NCBI GenBank assembly: GCA_028704885.1
Contig: JAQWEN010000001.1
Span: 427,999 to 491,998 of the forward strand
Source of the DNA: Candidatus Shapirobacteria bacterium
GTDB lineage: Bacteria; Patescibacteriota; Microgenomatia; UBA12405
Length of the DNA stretch: 64,000 bases
Direction: 5' to 3'
Part shown: in pieces, positions 17,384 to 27,908 of the stretch
Layout: the number at the start of each line of letters is the position of its first letter
How positions within the stretch are numbered: position 1 is the first letter of the stretch
Notes under the pieces: model-generated
The model's database searches: none
Told to the model about the DNA's origin: nothing
What the model saw: only the letters and a program-made list of their open reading frames with translations
Position numbers and translations under genes: made by a program

Positions 17384-18496
17384 TCAAAAAATTGGATTAA
17401 GAGAACAACATCTAAAACAAGCAGGTATTATTTTATTTTTTTGGATGTATTTTTGAAATCTAATAGTTTTTTTGTTATGCCAAATATCTAAAAGCGAATT
17501 TTCTTTTATATTTCCCAAAATATAACCATGACACATCTCAATATCACCATTACCTCGGAGAAAAACTTGATTAAAGGGTGATGTACAAATAGATTCTTTT
17601 TTGGGAATGGCGCCAGTATAAAAATTTTTGATATCCATACTATTTGGCATAGTAATTTTTACTTTTGATTTATTGCTGTTTATTAAGGCTTGAGTTTCTT
17701 TTAATTTTTGAGAAATAGTTAATCTTTCTTTGGCATTAAAAAGAACTTTTTTAGTGCCGTTGTATTCGCCCCAAACATCATTTCCAAACTTAGTTTTTTG
17801 ACTGAATTTTAATTGTTGTTTTCTTATTTTGTCGTAAAAATAAAAATGATGACTAATTGACCATTCATCAACACCTAAATCTTTAATAACTTCGTAAATT
17901 TTGTCAAAATTAGCGATATTTGATTTAGAGATAACAGTGGCAATACGAATATTGGGAAAAGTGTTCTTACCCCTTAATTCAATTATTTTTTTAATGCCTT
18001 TAATTATTTGAGGGAATGAATCTTTAACTAATCCTCTCTGGTATTGAGTTGCTTCATCTGGACCATCAAGAGAAATGGCTAAAAAATCGAGTCCAGAATT
18101 AATTAAATCAGCAGCCATCTTTTCAAGCAACATACCATTGGTCACAAGGCCTTTGACTATTCTTTTTTGATCTAAATATTTTATTATGTCAATAATTTCT
18201 GGGTGCATTAAGGGTTCTCCACCGGCTAATGAAACTGAGGGAGAATAAGGAGCAATATTATCAAAAAACTTTTTTAAATCAGGTAAAGAAAGTTCGTTCA
18301 TATTTTTAAGACGAGAAGTTACAACATGGCACATGGGACAATTAAAATTACAACGTTCCGTAATAAAACAATTTATCGTTCGAGGAAAAGGAGTGGCTTT
18401 ATTTTCATATAAATATTTATCAAAGACAGTATTTTTGGCAGTTGATGGATATTTAATTGCTAATTTAATTTTTTTTTGAAGGTTTAGCTGAGCCAT
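17384..18496 (-). CDS. Radical SAM enzyme with a SPASM/twitch C-terminal domain
   Basis: ITERCNFNCPMCHV (CxxxCxxC) and the C-terminal cysteine cluster CTSPFN...GDIEMCHGY...IIPACFRCCS. Confidence 0.8.
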   Translation of the reverse strand: MAQLNLQKKIKLAIKYPSTAKNTVFDKYLYENKATPFPRTINCFITERCNFNCPMCHVVTSRLKNMNELSLPDLKKFFDNIAPYSPSVSLAGGEPLMHPEIIDIIKYLDQKRIVKGLVTNGMLLEKMAADLINSGLDFLAISLDGPDEATQYQRGLVKDSFPQIIKGIKKIIELRGKNTFPNIRIATVISKSNIANFDKIYEVIKDLGVDEWSISHHFYFYDKIRKQQLKFSQKTKFGNDVWGEYNGTKKVLFNAKERLTISQKLKETQALINSNKSKVKITMPNSMDIKNFYTGAIPKKESICTSPFNQVFLRGNGDIEMCHGYILGNIKENSLLDIWHNKKTIRFQKYIQKNKIIPACFRCCSLNPIF

Positions 18497-18497
18497 A

Positions 18498-19619
18498 TTA
18501 ATAATGTCTGACGATTAATTTTATATTATTGATATTGAAATATTTTTTGGTGTAACTAGGACAATTGTTTTTCATTTGATTAAGTAAAATTCTATCATTT
18601 TTTAGCTTTAAAATTGCAGATTTAAAGTTTTCAACAGTAGGTTTTACTAAAATTGAGACAGATTCATCAACTATTTCGGGAATAGTACCAATATCTGAGG
18701 CAATAACCGGAAGACCAGAAGCGACGGCCTCCATAATGGTTCTAGTGAAACCTTCTTGATATAAGGCTGGCTGAATAAAAACATCGGCGGTTGAATAATA
18801 ATCAATTAATTTGTGGTTATCAATTTTTCCTAGGAAATTAATATTAGATAATTTTTGTTGAGAAATATATTTTGATTCCGGACCAGATCCAATAATTACA
18901 AATTCAATGTTGGGTAGTTTTTTGGCAAGTTTGATAATAATTCTAGTCCCCTTTTTAATAATAAGACGGGAAACAAAAAGAACTTTGAATTTTGAAGGAG
19001 AAATATTTGATTTTTTATTATTGAATTTTTTTGGATCAACCCAATAACGATATAAGGATATTTTTTTACTATTTACTCCCCAATTTATTAATTGATTTTT
19101 TGAGTGAACAGATTGGGCCAAAACCATATCGGTTCGGTTTAAGACAAAACTAGTCAGTTTGGCAGTGAGAGAAGTGGATGAATTATCATAAAGAGCGTGG
19201 GTGCTAGTGACATGTTTTTTGTGGAAGAAAAAAGCTAAAATATTTCCAGCAACAGCTCCATTAAACCCATGAGAATTAATGGTGGTAATTTTTTGATGAT
19301 TGAAAAGCATCCAAAAAAAGGTACGAAGACATAAATAAGGAGTTAAATATAGAAAATCTATAAATGGATATTTTTCAACTTTATGAAAAAGATTTTTGCC
19401 AAACCATCGATATCTGTAAATATTAATATTATTGATTTTTTCTCTTGATTTCCATTCAACATTAGCGGTAGTTAAAGGGGAATAAGTGTGAACATAAACT
19501 GGATAACCCAGGTTATCTAAACCATTAACTAAATCAGTAAGATGAGTTTCAACACCGCCAATATTTGGAGAAAAAAATGGAGTAAGAATTAAAATGCCTT
19601 TTTTAGAATTTATTTTCAT
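18498..19619 (-). CDS. Glycosyltransferase family 4 (GT-B)
   Basis: ILILTPFFSPNIGGVETH and EGFTRTIMEAVASGLPVIASDIGTIPEIV (the E-x7-E motif). Confidence 0.75.
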   Translation of the reverse strand: MKINSKKGILILTPFFSPNIGGVETHLTDLVNGLDNLGYPVYVHTYSPLTTANVEWKSREKINNINIYRYRWFGKNLFHKVEKYPFIDFLYLTPYLCLRTFFWMLFNHQKITTINSHGFNGAVAGNILAFFFHKKHVTSTHALYDNSSTSLTAKLTSFVLNRTDMVLAQSVHSKNQLINWGVNSKKISLYRYWVDPKKFNNKKSNISPSKFKVLFVSRLIIKKGTRIIIKLAKKLPNIEFVIIGSGPESKYISQQKLSNINFLGKIDNHKLIDYYSTADVFIQPALYQEGFTRTIMEAVASGLPVIASDIGTIPEIVDESVSILVKPTVENFKSAILKLKNDRILLNQMKNNCPSYTKKYFNINNIKLIVRHY

Positions 19620-19621
19620 AA

Positions 19622-20692
19622 TTAGTTTAATATTTTTTCAAGGCTGTTTTTGTTGTCGATTATCCATTGATAAATTTCTTGAAAGGTTTGTTCTTTGGTT
19701 TTTTGACAAAACCAATTTGAAATTTTTTTAAATTTTGAACTGTCGGAAATATAAGTTCTAATATCATCTGGTCGATTTTCTAAAGATGAGGAAATATTGA
19801 TTTTGTTTTTAGTTATTTTTTGGCAAAGTTCGGTCATTTCTAATAACGAAAGACTGTTTTCTTGACCGCCACCAATATTAAAAATCTCATTATTGTATTT
19901 ATCAATATTTTCGATTTGAATATTTATGACATCAAATAAATCGTCAATGTCGATAAAATCTCTAACTTGTTTTCCTTTACCACCAAAACCAATATATGAT
20001 AGAGGTTTATTTTTCCATATATGACGGGCAATCCAAAGAGCTATTACTCCTTGATCAACTTTTCCCATTTGCCAAGGTCCAGTAATAATTCCACAACGAT
20101 TGATAACTGCCTTAATTTTAAAATTGTGAATATATTCCTGAATTAAAAATTCGGAACACAGTTTGGTGGCTCCATATAAGGATCGATATTTTCCGAGAGG
20201 GAACTTTTCAGATATACCTTGTGAGGATATTCCTTCTAATGTTTGTTTGTTATCTATTTCGAATCTGGTTTTGCTTTCTTTATATTTAATTTGATTAAGT
20301 TCTTCAATTGGATAAATACGACTGGTTGATAAAAAGATTAGAGTTGAGTTATTTCTTTTGGCAAGTTCTAGACAATTTAAAGTTCCAACAAGATTGGTAT
20401 TAATTGAATATTGAGAATTATCAATACCAGCCAAAACTGATGGCTCGGCGGAACATTCTAATATTAAATCCATTTTTTTGTCAAAATTTAAATCTTCTTT
20501 ATTTCTGACATCACCATGAATAAAATTTATTCCAAATTTAGCTAGTCTGGGAAGATTTAATTCGGATCCGCGTCTTTTTAAGTTATCTAATACAGTTATA
20601 TTGATATTTGGATAATGTTCTTTTAATTTTATGGCCAAATTAGAACCGACAAAACCAGCCCCACCGGTAATTAAAATATTTTTATAATCCAT
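19622..20692 (-). CDS. NAD-dependent epimerase/dehydratase (extended SDR; CDP/NDP-sugar epimerase-like)
   Basis: ILITGGAGFVGSNLAIKL and YGATKLCSE (YxxxK). Confidence 0.75.
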   Translation of the reverse strand: MDYKNILITGGAGFVGSNLAIKLKEHYPNINITVLDNLKRRGSELNLPRLAKFGINFIHGDVRNKEDLNFDKKMDLILECSAEPSVLAGIDNSQYSINTNLVGTLNCLELAKRNNSTLIFLSTSRIYPIEELNQIKYKESKTRFEIDNKQTLEGISSQGISEKFPLGKYRSLYGATKLCSEFLIQEYIHNFKIKAVINRCGIITGPWQMGKVDQGVIALWIARHIWKNKPLSYIGFGGKGKQVRDFIDIDDLFDVINIQIENIDKYNNEIFNIGGGQENSLSLLEMTELCQKITKNKINISSSLENRPDDIRTYISDSSKFKKISNWFCQKTKEQTFQEIYQWIIDNKNSLEKILN

Positions 20693-20694
20693 AT

Positions 20695-21765
20695 TTAAGT
20701 ATGTATTTGGCTACATAATTCCTGAAGTATGTCGTCAATATTGTAAGAGAAATCCCAATTTGGGTATTGGTTTTTAAATTTAGAAACATCTGAAATATAC
20801 CAAATATGATCACCAATTCGATTGGTTTCAACATATTCATAAATAGCTTTTTTATCTAGAATTTTTTCGATTTTTTCAATTGCTTCTAACATGGAAATAT
20901 TAGAATTTCTGGAACCACCGGCATTGTAAACTTCACCACACATTGGATTTTGATGATAATTCCAAAACATATTCACCAAATCATTACAATGAATATTATC
21001 TCTAACCTGCTTGCCTTTGTAACCAAAAATGGTGTATTTAGTTTTGGTTTTAATACATTTAACTAGATAAGCTAAAAAACCATGGAGTTGGGTGCTGCTG
21101 TGATTTGGGCCAGTTAAACAACCACCTCTAAAGACTCCAGTGTGTAATCCAAAATATTTGCCATATTCTTGAACCATAAGGTCAGCAGATGCTTTAGAGG
21201 CACCAAAAATACTGTGTTTTGAATTATCAATACTCATGCTTTCGTCGATTCCGTTTTTAAAGAAGGGATGACTTTTGTCAATTTCATATCTTTTTTCTAA
21301 TTCGACAAGGGGTAATTTATTCGGAGTGTCACCGTAAACTTTATTAGTAGAGGTGAAAATAAAAGTGGCTTCTGGTGAATATTTTCGATAATTTTCCAAT
21401 AAAATTAAGGTTCCAAGAGCGTTAATAGTAAAATCTGTAATAGGCTCTTTAATAGCCCAATCGTGTGATGGCTGAGCGGCAGTGTGAATAATAATATCGA
21501 ATTTATTGGATTTAAATATCTTTTCTATTTTTTCATTGTTTCTAATATCTATGTTGTGATAAGTGTATTGTTTACCATAATCTTTGGAAAGTAACTCATT
21601 ATTCCATTTAGTGCTGCCTTCTGGGCCAAAAAAATACTCTCTCATATTATTATCGATTCCGATAATCTCATAGCCTTTTTTGGCAAAAAATTTAACAGAT
21701 TCTGATCCAATTAGTCCGGCTGATCCTGTTATTAGAGCTTTTTTTGACATATTTATTGACTCCAA
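20695..21765 (-). CDS. NAD-dependent epimerase/dehydratase (extended SDR), paralogous neighbour
   Basis: [18 protein letters not shown]...[13 protein letters not shown], with YxxxK in [10 protein letters not shown]. Confidence 0.75.
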   Translation of the reverse strand: MESINMSKKALITGSAGLIGSESVKFFAKKGYEIIGIDNNMREYFFGPEGSTKWNNELLSKDYGKQYTYHNIDIRNNEKIEKIFKSNKFDIIIHTAAQPSHDWAIKEPITDFTINALGTLILLENYRKYSPEATFIFTSTNKVYGDTPNKLPLVELEKRYEIDKSHPFFKNGIDESMSIDNSKHSIFGASKASADLMVQEYGKYFGLHTGVFRGGCLTGPNHSSTQLHGFLAYLVKCIKTKTKYTIFGYKGKQVRDNIHCNDLVNMFWNYHQNPMCGEVYNAGGSRNSNISMLEAIEKIEKILDKKAIYEYVETNRIGDHIWYISDVSKFKNQYPNWDFSYNIDDILQELCSQIHT

Positions 21766-22766
21766 TTATTTCTATTAACAGCTTTTATTAAAGCTAATTT
21801 GTATTTTAAATAGATGGTTGAGTATACAATTAGTGTTATATAACAAGCAATTGGATGAAAAAACCAGGCTGAATCTGGTTTATGAAAATATCCCCTAATA
21901 GAATCTATTACTGCCGGAATGATTAATATTGTATAAAATACAAATTTTATAATTCCGTTTTTATTACTTTGATTCCAGTTAAATTGACGAAACTTTTGAT
22001 AGTAAAAATAATCAGTAATGCGACGGTTTTGTTTGCGAATAAATTTTTTGATCGATGATTCACAAAAAGTGTGAATAATCCCCTGTTTAACTTTGGCAAA
22101 ATAAATTGATTTTTTAGTTTTAGATAAATAATTAGTAATAATATCGATATCAAAAAGATAGTCAGAGTTTATGTTGTTTTTTAAAAAATCATTTCTAAAA
22201 ATAGTGCCGTTGGCACCAATAGTAGGAATAAGTGAATTTGATTTTAATTCAATTTTTATATATTTATTTTTATCAATTTGATCTATTTTTAGCCCAGTCC
22301 ATTTGTAATTGATATAATTTTTTCGATCATAAACTCCAGAAACAAAGGCAAATGGATCATTGACTCCGATTAAGGCAGAATACCTTTCAATAAAACCAGC
22401 CTTTGATCGGTAAGTAAAAAATAGTGGTTCGGTGCCAATTAAAGAAGAATCATTTTCTAAAATATCAATATTAGTTTGAAGCCAATTTTTGGTGGGTAAA
22501 ATATTATCAGAATCAATTAAAGCAATGTATTTCCCAATAGCGTTTTTGACACCAATAGCCTTGCCGGCTTCGGCAGTTTTGAGTAAATTTTTAACAATTT
22601 TGACATGATATTTTTTAGCGATTTTAAGAGTGTTATCGGTCGATCCTCCATCGGCGATAATAATTTCGTATTCTTTTTTAGGAAAAGATTGTTTTTTAAT
22701 CGATTTAAGACAGTTTTCTAGAACCGAGTTAGCATTAAGAGTAGGAATAATAAAACTAATTATCAT
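21753..22766 (-). CDS. Glycosyltransferase family 2
   Basis: [22 protein letters not shown]...[14 protein letters not shown] and [10 protein letters not shown]. Confidence 0.75.
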   Translation of the reverse strand: MIISFIIPTLNANSVLENCLKSIKKQSFPKKEYEIIIADGGSTDNTLKIAKKYHVKIVKNLLKTAEAGKAIGVKNAIGKYIALIDSDNILPTKNWLQTNIDILENDSSLIGTEPLFFTYRSKAGFIERYSALIGVNDPFAFVSGVYDRKNYINYKWTGLKIDQIDKNKYIKIELKSNSLIPTIGANGTIFRNDFLKNNINSDYLFDIDIITNYLSKTKKSIYFAKVKQGIIHTFCESSIKKFIRKQNRRITDYFYYQKFRQFNWNQSNKNGIIKFVFYTILIIPAVIDSIRGYFHKPDSAWFFHPIACYITLIVYSTIYLKYKLALIKAVNRNNWSQ

Positions 22767-24261
22767 TGTTAGAAAAATCTTTTAATTTTTTAAAATATTT
22801 AAAAGCATAATTAAAAAGATGTTTAATATCATCAATAGATCTAATGGAAATTATTTTTTGAAAAATAAATTTTGGAGTAAGAATACCTTTGAATAGATTT
22901 TGAACTAGTTCAATTTGATCGTTTGGAGAAATTGATGATTTAATAACCGGTTGACGCATATCAAAATCATCCCAATTTGTCGATAAAAGTAGATTATTTT
23001 CTTGACAATATTTAAAAAGCGGAGTGCCGGGATAAGGAATTAAAATAGTAGCCTGAAGACTGTCAGCGAGATTATCTTTGAAAATTTTTCTGGCTAAATT
23101 TAAGGTTTTAGCAGCATCAAATTTATCTTCATTTGGATAACCAATAATAATAGTAACATGGGGTTCTAATCTGGCTTGTTTAGCAATTTTTAGGGTTTTT
23201 AGAGCATCACTGGTCTTTTCGTTTTTATTTATAAAATCAAGAGTTTTTTGATTGGCTGATTCGAGACCATATAAAACAAAACGGAAACCAGCTTGGTGCA
23301 TTAGTTGATATTCTGATAAAGATAAAGCGCCAAAGCGCATATTGCAACCAATTTTAACTTTTTTGTTTAAACCACGACTGATTAGGGCTTGGCATAATTC
23401 TTTCAACCAAGGGCCGATAGGAAGGGTGCCTGAGTCATCAAAAATTTCTTTGACACCAAAGTTGTAAACTAAATTTTCGATTTCTTTAAGAGTATGTTCC
23501 ACAGAAAATTGGCGAAAACATTTACCCGGAAAAAGAGTTGTCCAAGAACAAAAAGTGCATTTTCCCCACCAACAATCGCGACCGGACATTATATAAGATC
23601 CGGGTTTGTATTTATAATTAGTGTTGTTGTAGGCATAAAGCTGCCATTGAGTTAATTTGCGATCAATAATTGGCAGTGAATTTAAATCGTGATTTTTGAT
23701 AGATTTATAAATCTTGTTTTTTGGAGCTTGATTTTTATTGATTAATTCGATTAATTCGCTTAATAAAAAATCATAATCACCGCCGACTAGAACGAAATCG
23801 ACTTTAGAATTATTAATTGATTCTTCTGGTAAAGCAGTAACGTGATCACCCATTAAAACAACTATTGGATTCCATTTAAATTCTTTTTTAATTTGATTAA
23901 TTATTTGCCAATGTCTTTTAATTACTGGAGTTTTGCTTTCAATAATAATTAGATCAGGTTTGTTTTTAGAAAGACGTTTAAACCATTCTTGATAAGTTAA
24001 TTTTTGAGCAATGGCATCGTCCCAAAAAACTTTTAATCCCTGACTTTTTAATAAGGTAGCAGCATAAGCAGGAATGACAGGGTAAATTACATTGCCAGTA
24101 TTAGTCCATTGAAATTGACGGTTTTGAGATAAAAACGCAGTGCCTTTATCTGATTCGAGAGGTGGATAAGAAATAGAGACAGATTTAACCGCCAATGTAT
24201 TTGCCAGTTTTTTTATTGAAGGCATGGGCTTTGAATTTAACTTCTTTTTTGAATAGGCCAT
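22756..24261 (-). CDS. B12-binding-domain radical SAM enzyme (class B) with a variant Cx4Cx2C cluster
   Basis: A B12-binding-like N-terminal domain (KPDLIIIESKT...VLMGDHVT) is followed by SGRDCWWGKCTFCSW. The start is uncertain because the ORF overlaps the next gene by 77 nt; an internal M(PSIKK) is a possible start. Confidence 0.7.
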   Translation of the reverse strand: MAYSKKKLNSKPMPSIKKLANTLAVKSVSISYPPLESDKGTAFLSQNRQFQWTNTGNVIYPVIPAYAATLLKSQGLKVFWDDAIAQKLTYQEWFKRLSKNKPDLIIIESKTPVIKRHWQIINQIKKEFKWNPIVVLMGDHVTALPEESINNSKVDFVLVGGDYDFLLSELIELINKNQAPKNKIYKSIKNHDLNSLPIIDRKLTQWQLYAYNNTNYKYKPGSYIMSGRDCWWGKCTFCSWTTLFPGKCFRQFSVEHTLKEIENLVYNFGVKEIFDDSGTLPIGPWLKELCQALISRGLNKKVKIGCNMRFGALSLSEYQLMHQAGFRFVLYGLESANQKTLDFINKNEKTSDALKTLKIAKQARLEPHVTIIIGYPNEDKFDAAKTLNLARKIFKDNLADSLQATILIPYPGTPLFKYCQENNLLLSTNWDDFDMRQPVIKSSISPNDQIELVQNLFKGILTPKFIFQKIISIRSIDDIKHLFNYAFKYFKKLKDFSNNDN

Positions 24262-25165
24262 GTAGGAATAGTATACCGTAGTAAAGGTGAGTTATAGGAA
24301 TAGTAATGGTGGCTAAAAGAGAAACTTTAAGATTATTTTTCTTAGAAAGAAAGATTAATAAAGTAAAAAATAATATTGATAAATATAAATATAATGGAAT
24401 ATACAATAAATAATAATTAAAAATTAACAAATTAATAATTAATATTATTAAATAAAAAACAAAAAATGAAGGTATAAAATAACCAATTTTAAGACTGGTT
24501 TCGGGAAATTTTTTAACAAAAAAGCCTCGTTGAACAGCGTAGCGAGTTATTTGTTGAAGATGGGGAAGGATAACCGATCGACGATGGTGATAAACAATTA
24601 AAGATGGATTATAAAGAATTTTTTTGTTTAAGTTTTTAACTAAATTTAAACAAAGAACAGTATCTTCACCGGGCCAAAAAGAGACATCGAAACCACCAGC
24701 TAAATTAAAATCATTTTTTTTAACAATAAGATTAACTGAAGGGTAATCGTCAACAAAACGGGCTTTTTGAATACTATTTCGATAAATTCCAGCACCACCA
24801 CTGCCAAGCCAACTGCCCCAAACTAAACCAGAAGCTTTTTGATATAAATTGTCTTTTGGAGGGGTAAGACATGGACCACAAAAAGCGGCAAATTTCGGAT
24901 TATTTTCTACTAATTTGAGTGCGTTTTTAAAATAATTTTTATGAGGATAAGAATCGTCGTCAAAAAATACAAGATATTCACCTTTGGCTTTTTGGGCTCC
25001 TAAATTTCTTTTTTCGGAAGGGTTGGCCGAACCAGATACTTTATCAGTTATAATCAAAACTTCAAAATTTTTGAAAGATTGTTTTTTAAGTTTAGAGATA
25101 GTTTCTTGAAGATACTCATTGGTTTTGCGAACCGGAATGATAACAGAAAATTTTGGTGATTTCAT
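24185..25165 (-). CDS. Glycosyltransferase family 2 with C-terminal TM helices
   Basis: FSVIIPVRKTNEYLQETISKL...FEVLIITDKVSGS, FFDDDS and GGF...FWPGEDTVLC. Confidence 0.75.
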   Translation of the reverse strand: MKSPKFSVIIPVRKTNEYLQETISKLKKQSFKNFEVLIITDKVSGSANPSEKRNLGAQKAKGEYLVFFDDDSYPHKNYFKNALKLVENNPKFAAFCGPCLTPPKDNLYQKASGLVWGSWLGSGGAGIYRNSIQKARFVDDYPSVNLIVKKNDFNLAGGFDVSFWPGEDTVLCLNLVKNLNKKILYNPSLIVYHHRRSVILPHLQQITRYAVQRGFFVKKFPETSLKIGYFIPSFFVFYLIILIINLLIFNYYLLYIPLYLYLSILFFTLLIFLSKKNNLKVSLLATITIPITHLYYGILFLHGLFKKEVKFKAHAFNKKTGKYIGG

Positions 25166-25167
25166 GA

Positions 25168-25971
25168 TTATTTTCCAGTGTTAATTCTCATGTCTAATTC
25201 CGGATTATAGATCCATTTTCTTTTATTTTTATCGTCGTAATAATTTAGGATCCTCAGTCGATAAAAAACAGACATAGATTCCATAAAACAACTGTAAATA
25301 ATTTTAAGACCAGTGGCGTGGGTTAAACTACTAAAATCATAAGTTAATTTGATTGGGGCTTCATATATTTTAGTAAAACCTAATTTATTGGCGACAGCTA
25401 ATATCTCCAGATCAAAAGCATAATTTTTTACCATAAGACGAGGAAGAACTTTCACTAAAACTGGACGTTTAAATATTTTTAAACCAGCTTGAGTGTCATG
25501 AACATTGATGCCTAATAAAAATTTAGAAATTATATGGGCTCCAAAACTGACTATTTTTCGACTAGGGGGATATTTAACCATGGAGGCTGGATGTCGTTTT
25601 GAGGCAACGATTATATCGGCGTTATACCATTCCATGTGTTCTAGGACTAAAGAAATGCCGTTGGGATCGATTTCCATACCAGAATCGATAAAAGCGATAT
25701 AATCCCCTTTTGTTTTGGCCATGCCATACCTGACAGCATAACCTTTACCGTGATTGTGCTTGTACCCAAAAACTTTTAAATTTGGCAGTTTAATTTTTTT
25801 GATCTCGGAAAATGATTTATCAATAGAAGTGCCATCAACAACAGCAATAATTTCATAGTCATAACGAATTTGTTTTAAAGTTTCATTGATATTCAAAAGG
25901 TCTTGTTTGATGGTTTTTTCTTGTTTATAAATGGGAATAATAACTGACAAGAAATGATTGTTATTTTTCAT
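25168..25971 (-). CDS. Polyprenol-phosphate sugar synthase (GT2, Dpm1/GtrB/ArnC-like)
   Basis: LSVIIPIYKQE...YEIIAVVDGTSIDKS, GKGYAVRYGMAKTKGDYIAFIDSGMEIDP and HDTQAGLKIFKR (the DTQCGFK-type motif). Confidence 0.75.
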   Translation of the reverse strand: MKNNNHFLSVIIPIYKQEKTIKQDLLNINETLKQIRYDYEIIAVVDGTSIDKSFSEIKKIKLPNLKVFGYKHNHGKGYAVRYGMAKTKGDYIAFIDSGMEIDPNGISLVLEHMEWYNADIIVASKRHPASMVKYPPSRKIVSFGAHIISKFLLGINVHDTQAGLKIFKRPVLVKVLPRLMVKNYAFDLEILAVANKLGFTKIYEAPIKLTYDFSSLTHATGLKIIYSCFMESMSVFYRLRILNYYDDKNKRKWIYNPELDMRINTGK

Positions 25972-27100
25972 CCTTTAAAATTAAATTATAAAGGGCAAGA
26001 GTTTGAATGGCAGTATATTTCCAATCAAAATTTTTAGCGTGAATTAGGCCAAGCTTAATATATTTTTGGCGAAGATCATTATCATTCCAAAATTGAACTA
26101 GAGATTTTTCTAAATCTTTTTGAGAATGAGGATTAAATTTTAAACCATTGGAATCCATAATTTCATCTAAACAAGAGTCTTGACTGTAAGCAACCGGACA
26201 ACCAGATTTCATGGCTTGGACAAGAGGTAGACCAAAACCTTCAGCAAAAGACGGTTGACAATAAATGGTGGCCAAATTATAAAAATAAGGTAAATCTTCA
26301 TCTGGGACAAAACCTGGAAGGATTAGTTCTCTAGTTCGCTGGATCTCTGCTTCTCTAGATTTAGATTGAAGCCAAAGAAGATCTTGTGTCCAAGGATGAT
26401 TGGGAACATCTTTTTTGACAGCAGAAGAACCAACAATAACTAAGGGAAATTTTAATTTTAAACAAGCCTTAACAAGGGTCGGAATATTTTTATTCCAATT
26501 AATATCACCGACAAATAGGATAAATTTTTTGGGTAAGTTATATTTTTTTTGAATTTCGGTTAATTTTTTAGAATCAGAAATAACTTTAAAAGTTGGATCG
26601 GCGGCTAAGTGGGTAACGAAAATATTATTTAAATTGTATTTAGTAATTTGATTAATAATATTTTTAGAATAATGAGAAACAGTTAAGATTTTATCGACTT
26701 TTAAAAGTCGATGTTTTTGAATAAACCATTTTATTTCACCTTTGATTCCGACTGGAAAATGAGATTTAAATTGACGAGGAATGAGGTCATGAACAGTAAC
26801 AACGGTTGGAATATTGGTTTTTTTGGGAAGAGTTAATTTAAATGGGTCGAAATAAGGATAATGAATAAGATCATAGGTATTAGATCTTAGATCGTTGACG
26901 TTGGTTATTAAATCAATTTGGTAATTTTTATAATTAGGATTGGATTTTATTTCGGTTTGAAGTGCCGAAATTAGATTGGAAGTGTAATAGCCGACACCCC
27001 GAACAGCATTACCGTCTTGAGTTGGAGAAATATCGATTGCGATTCTTTTAATTTTCAATTTTAAATTTTTAATTTTTAATTTATTTTTTATCCCAATCAT
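25961..27100 (-). CDS. Glycosyltransferase family 4 (GT-B)
   Basis: EGFGLPLVQAMKSGCPVAYSQDSCLDEI (E-x7-E). Confidence 0.75.
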   Translation of the reverse strand: MIGIKNKLKIKNLKLKIKRIAIDISPTQDGNAVRGVGYYTSNLISALQTEIKSNPNYKNYQIDLITNVNDLRSNTYDLIHYPYFDPFKLTLPKKTNIPTVVTVHDLIPRQFKSHFPVGIKGEIKWFIQKHRLLKVDKILTVSHYSKNIINQITKYNLNNIFVTHLAADPTFKVISDSKKLTEIQKKYNLPKKFILFVGDINWNKNIPTLVKACLKLKFPLVIVGSSAVKKDVPNHPWTQDLLWLQSKSREAEIQRTRELILPGFVPDEDLPYFYNLATIYCQPSFAEGFGLPLVQAMKSGCPVAYSQDSCLDEIMDSNGLKFNPHSQKDLEKSLVQFWNDNDLRQKYIKLGLIHAKNFDWKYTAIQTLALYNLILKDEK

Positions 27101-27908
27101 TTTTTAAATCAATTTTACGATTGGTTTTGACAAGCTCCCAATATTTGGTGTACATGATTGGAAATCTGAGAGCAGAATAAAAGGAAAAAACAAAACCTGG
27201 AAATCCATCAACATAGCCTCGATGTCGGAAAAAAGTTTTTAAAAACCACCAGAGCGGTTTAAAAAGATAAAAGTTCAAAAAACTAATAAAATTAATTGGA
27301 GTATTTTTTTGTTGTAATTCTTGAGCTAAAAGAGTGGTGTAACGATTGTGGCGAAGAAGATATTTAGAGAAAGAAGTGTCAGCATAATGTTCTAAATCAT
27401 TTTTAAGCCAGCCAATCTCCCCTTCTATTTTGGCTTGTTCATGGACGTCGACACAAGGAAGTCTCCCTTTGCCATTTTTATAAAATCTAATGGTTGGATC
27501 GGGATACTGACCACCTTTTTTAAGAAAAGCACCTAAAAAATAATTTTTACGAGGAATCCAAAAAGCATTTTCTTTAACCTCATCAATATCTTTTTTAAGA
27601 TATGAAATAATTTCGTTTTTAAGTTCAGGAGTAACAATTTCGTCAGCATCAAGCTGAAGAATCCAATCACTGGTGCAGCCATCAATAGCAATGTTTTTAT
27701 TGAGATGAAAGATTGGTTTATTGGTGGTTTTAATTATTTTTACATTTTTAAATTTGGAGGCAATTTCAATGGTTTTGTCTTGAGAAGTACCGTCGGCAAT
27801 TATAATTTCATCGACCCAATCAACCACAGCTTCTAAACACTTGGCGATATTATTTTCTTCATTATAAGTGGCGATAGCAACAGATATTGTTTTTAGTTGA
27901 TTTTTCAT
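27081..27908 (-). CDS. Glycosyltransferase family 2
   Basis: ISVAIATYNEENNIAKCLEAV..DEIIIADGTSQDKT and ILQLDADEIVTPEL. It is paralogous to 49981-50769 and 51679-52683. Confidence 0.7.
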   Translation of the reverse strand: MKNQLKTISVAIATYNEENNIAKCLEAVVDWVDEIIIADGTSQDKTIEIASKFKNVKIIKTTNKPIFHLNKNIAIDGCTSDWILQLDADEIVTPELKNEIISYLKKDIDEVKENAFWIPRKNYFLGAFLKKGGQYPDPTIRFYKNGKGRLPCVDVHEQAKIEGEIGWLKNDLEHYADTSFSKYLLRHNRYTTLLAQELQQKNTPINFISFLNFYLFKPLWWFLKTFFRHRGYVDGFPGFVFSFYSALRFPIMYTKYWELVKTNRKIDLKNDWDKK

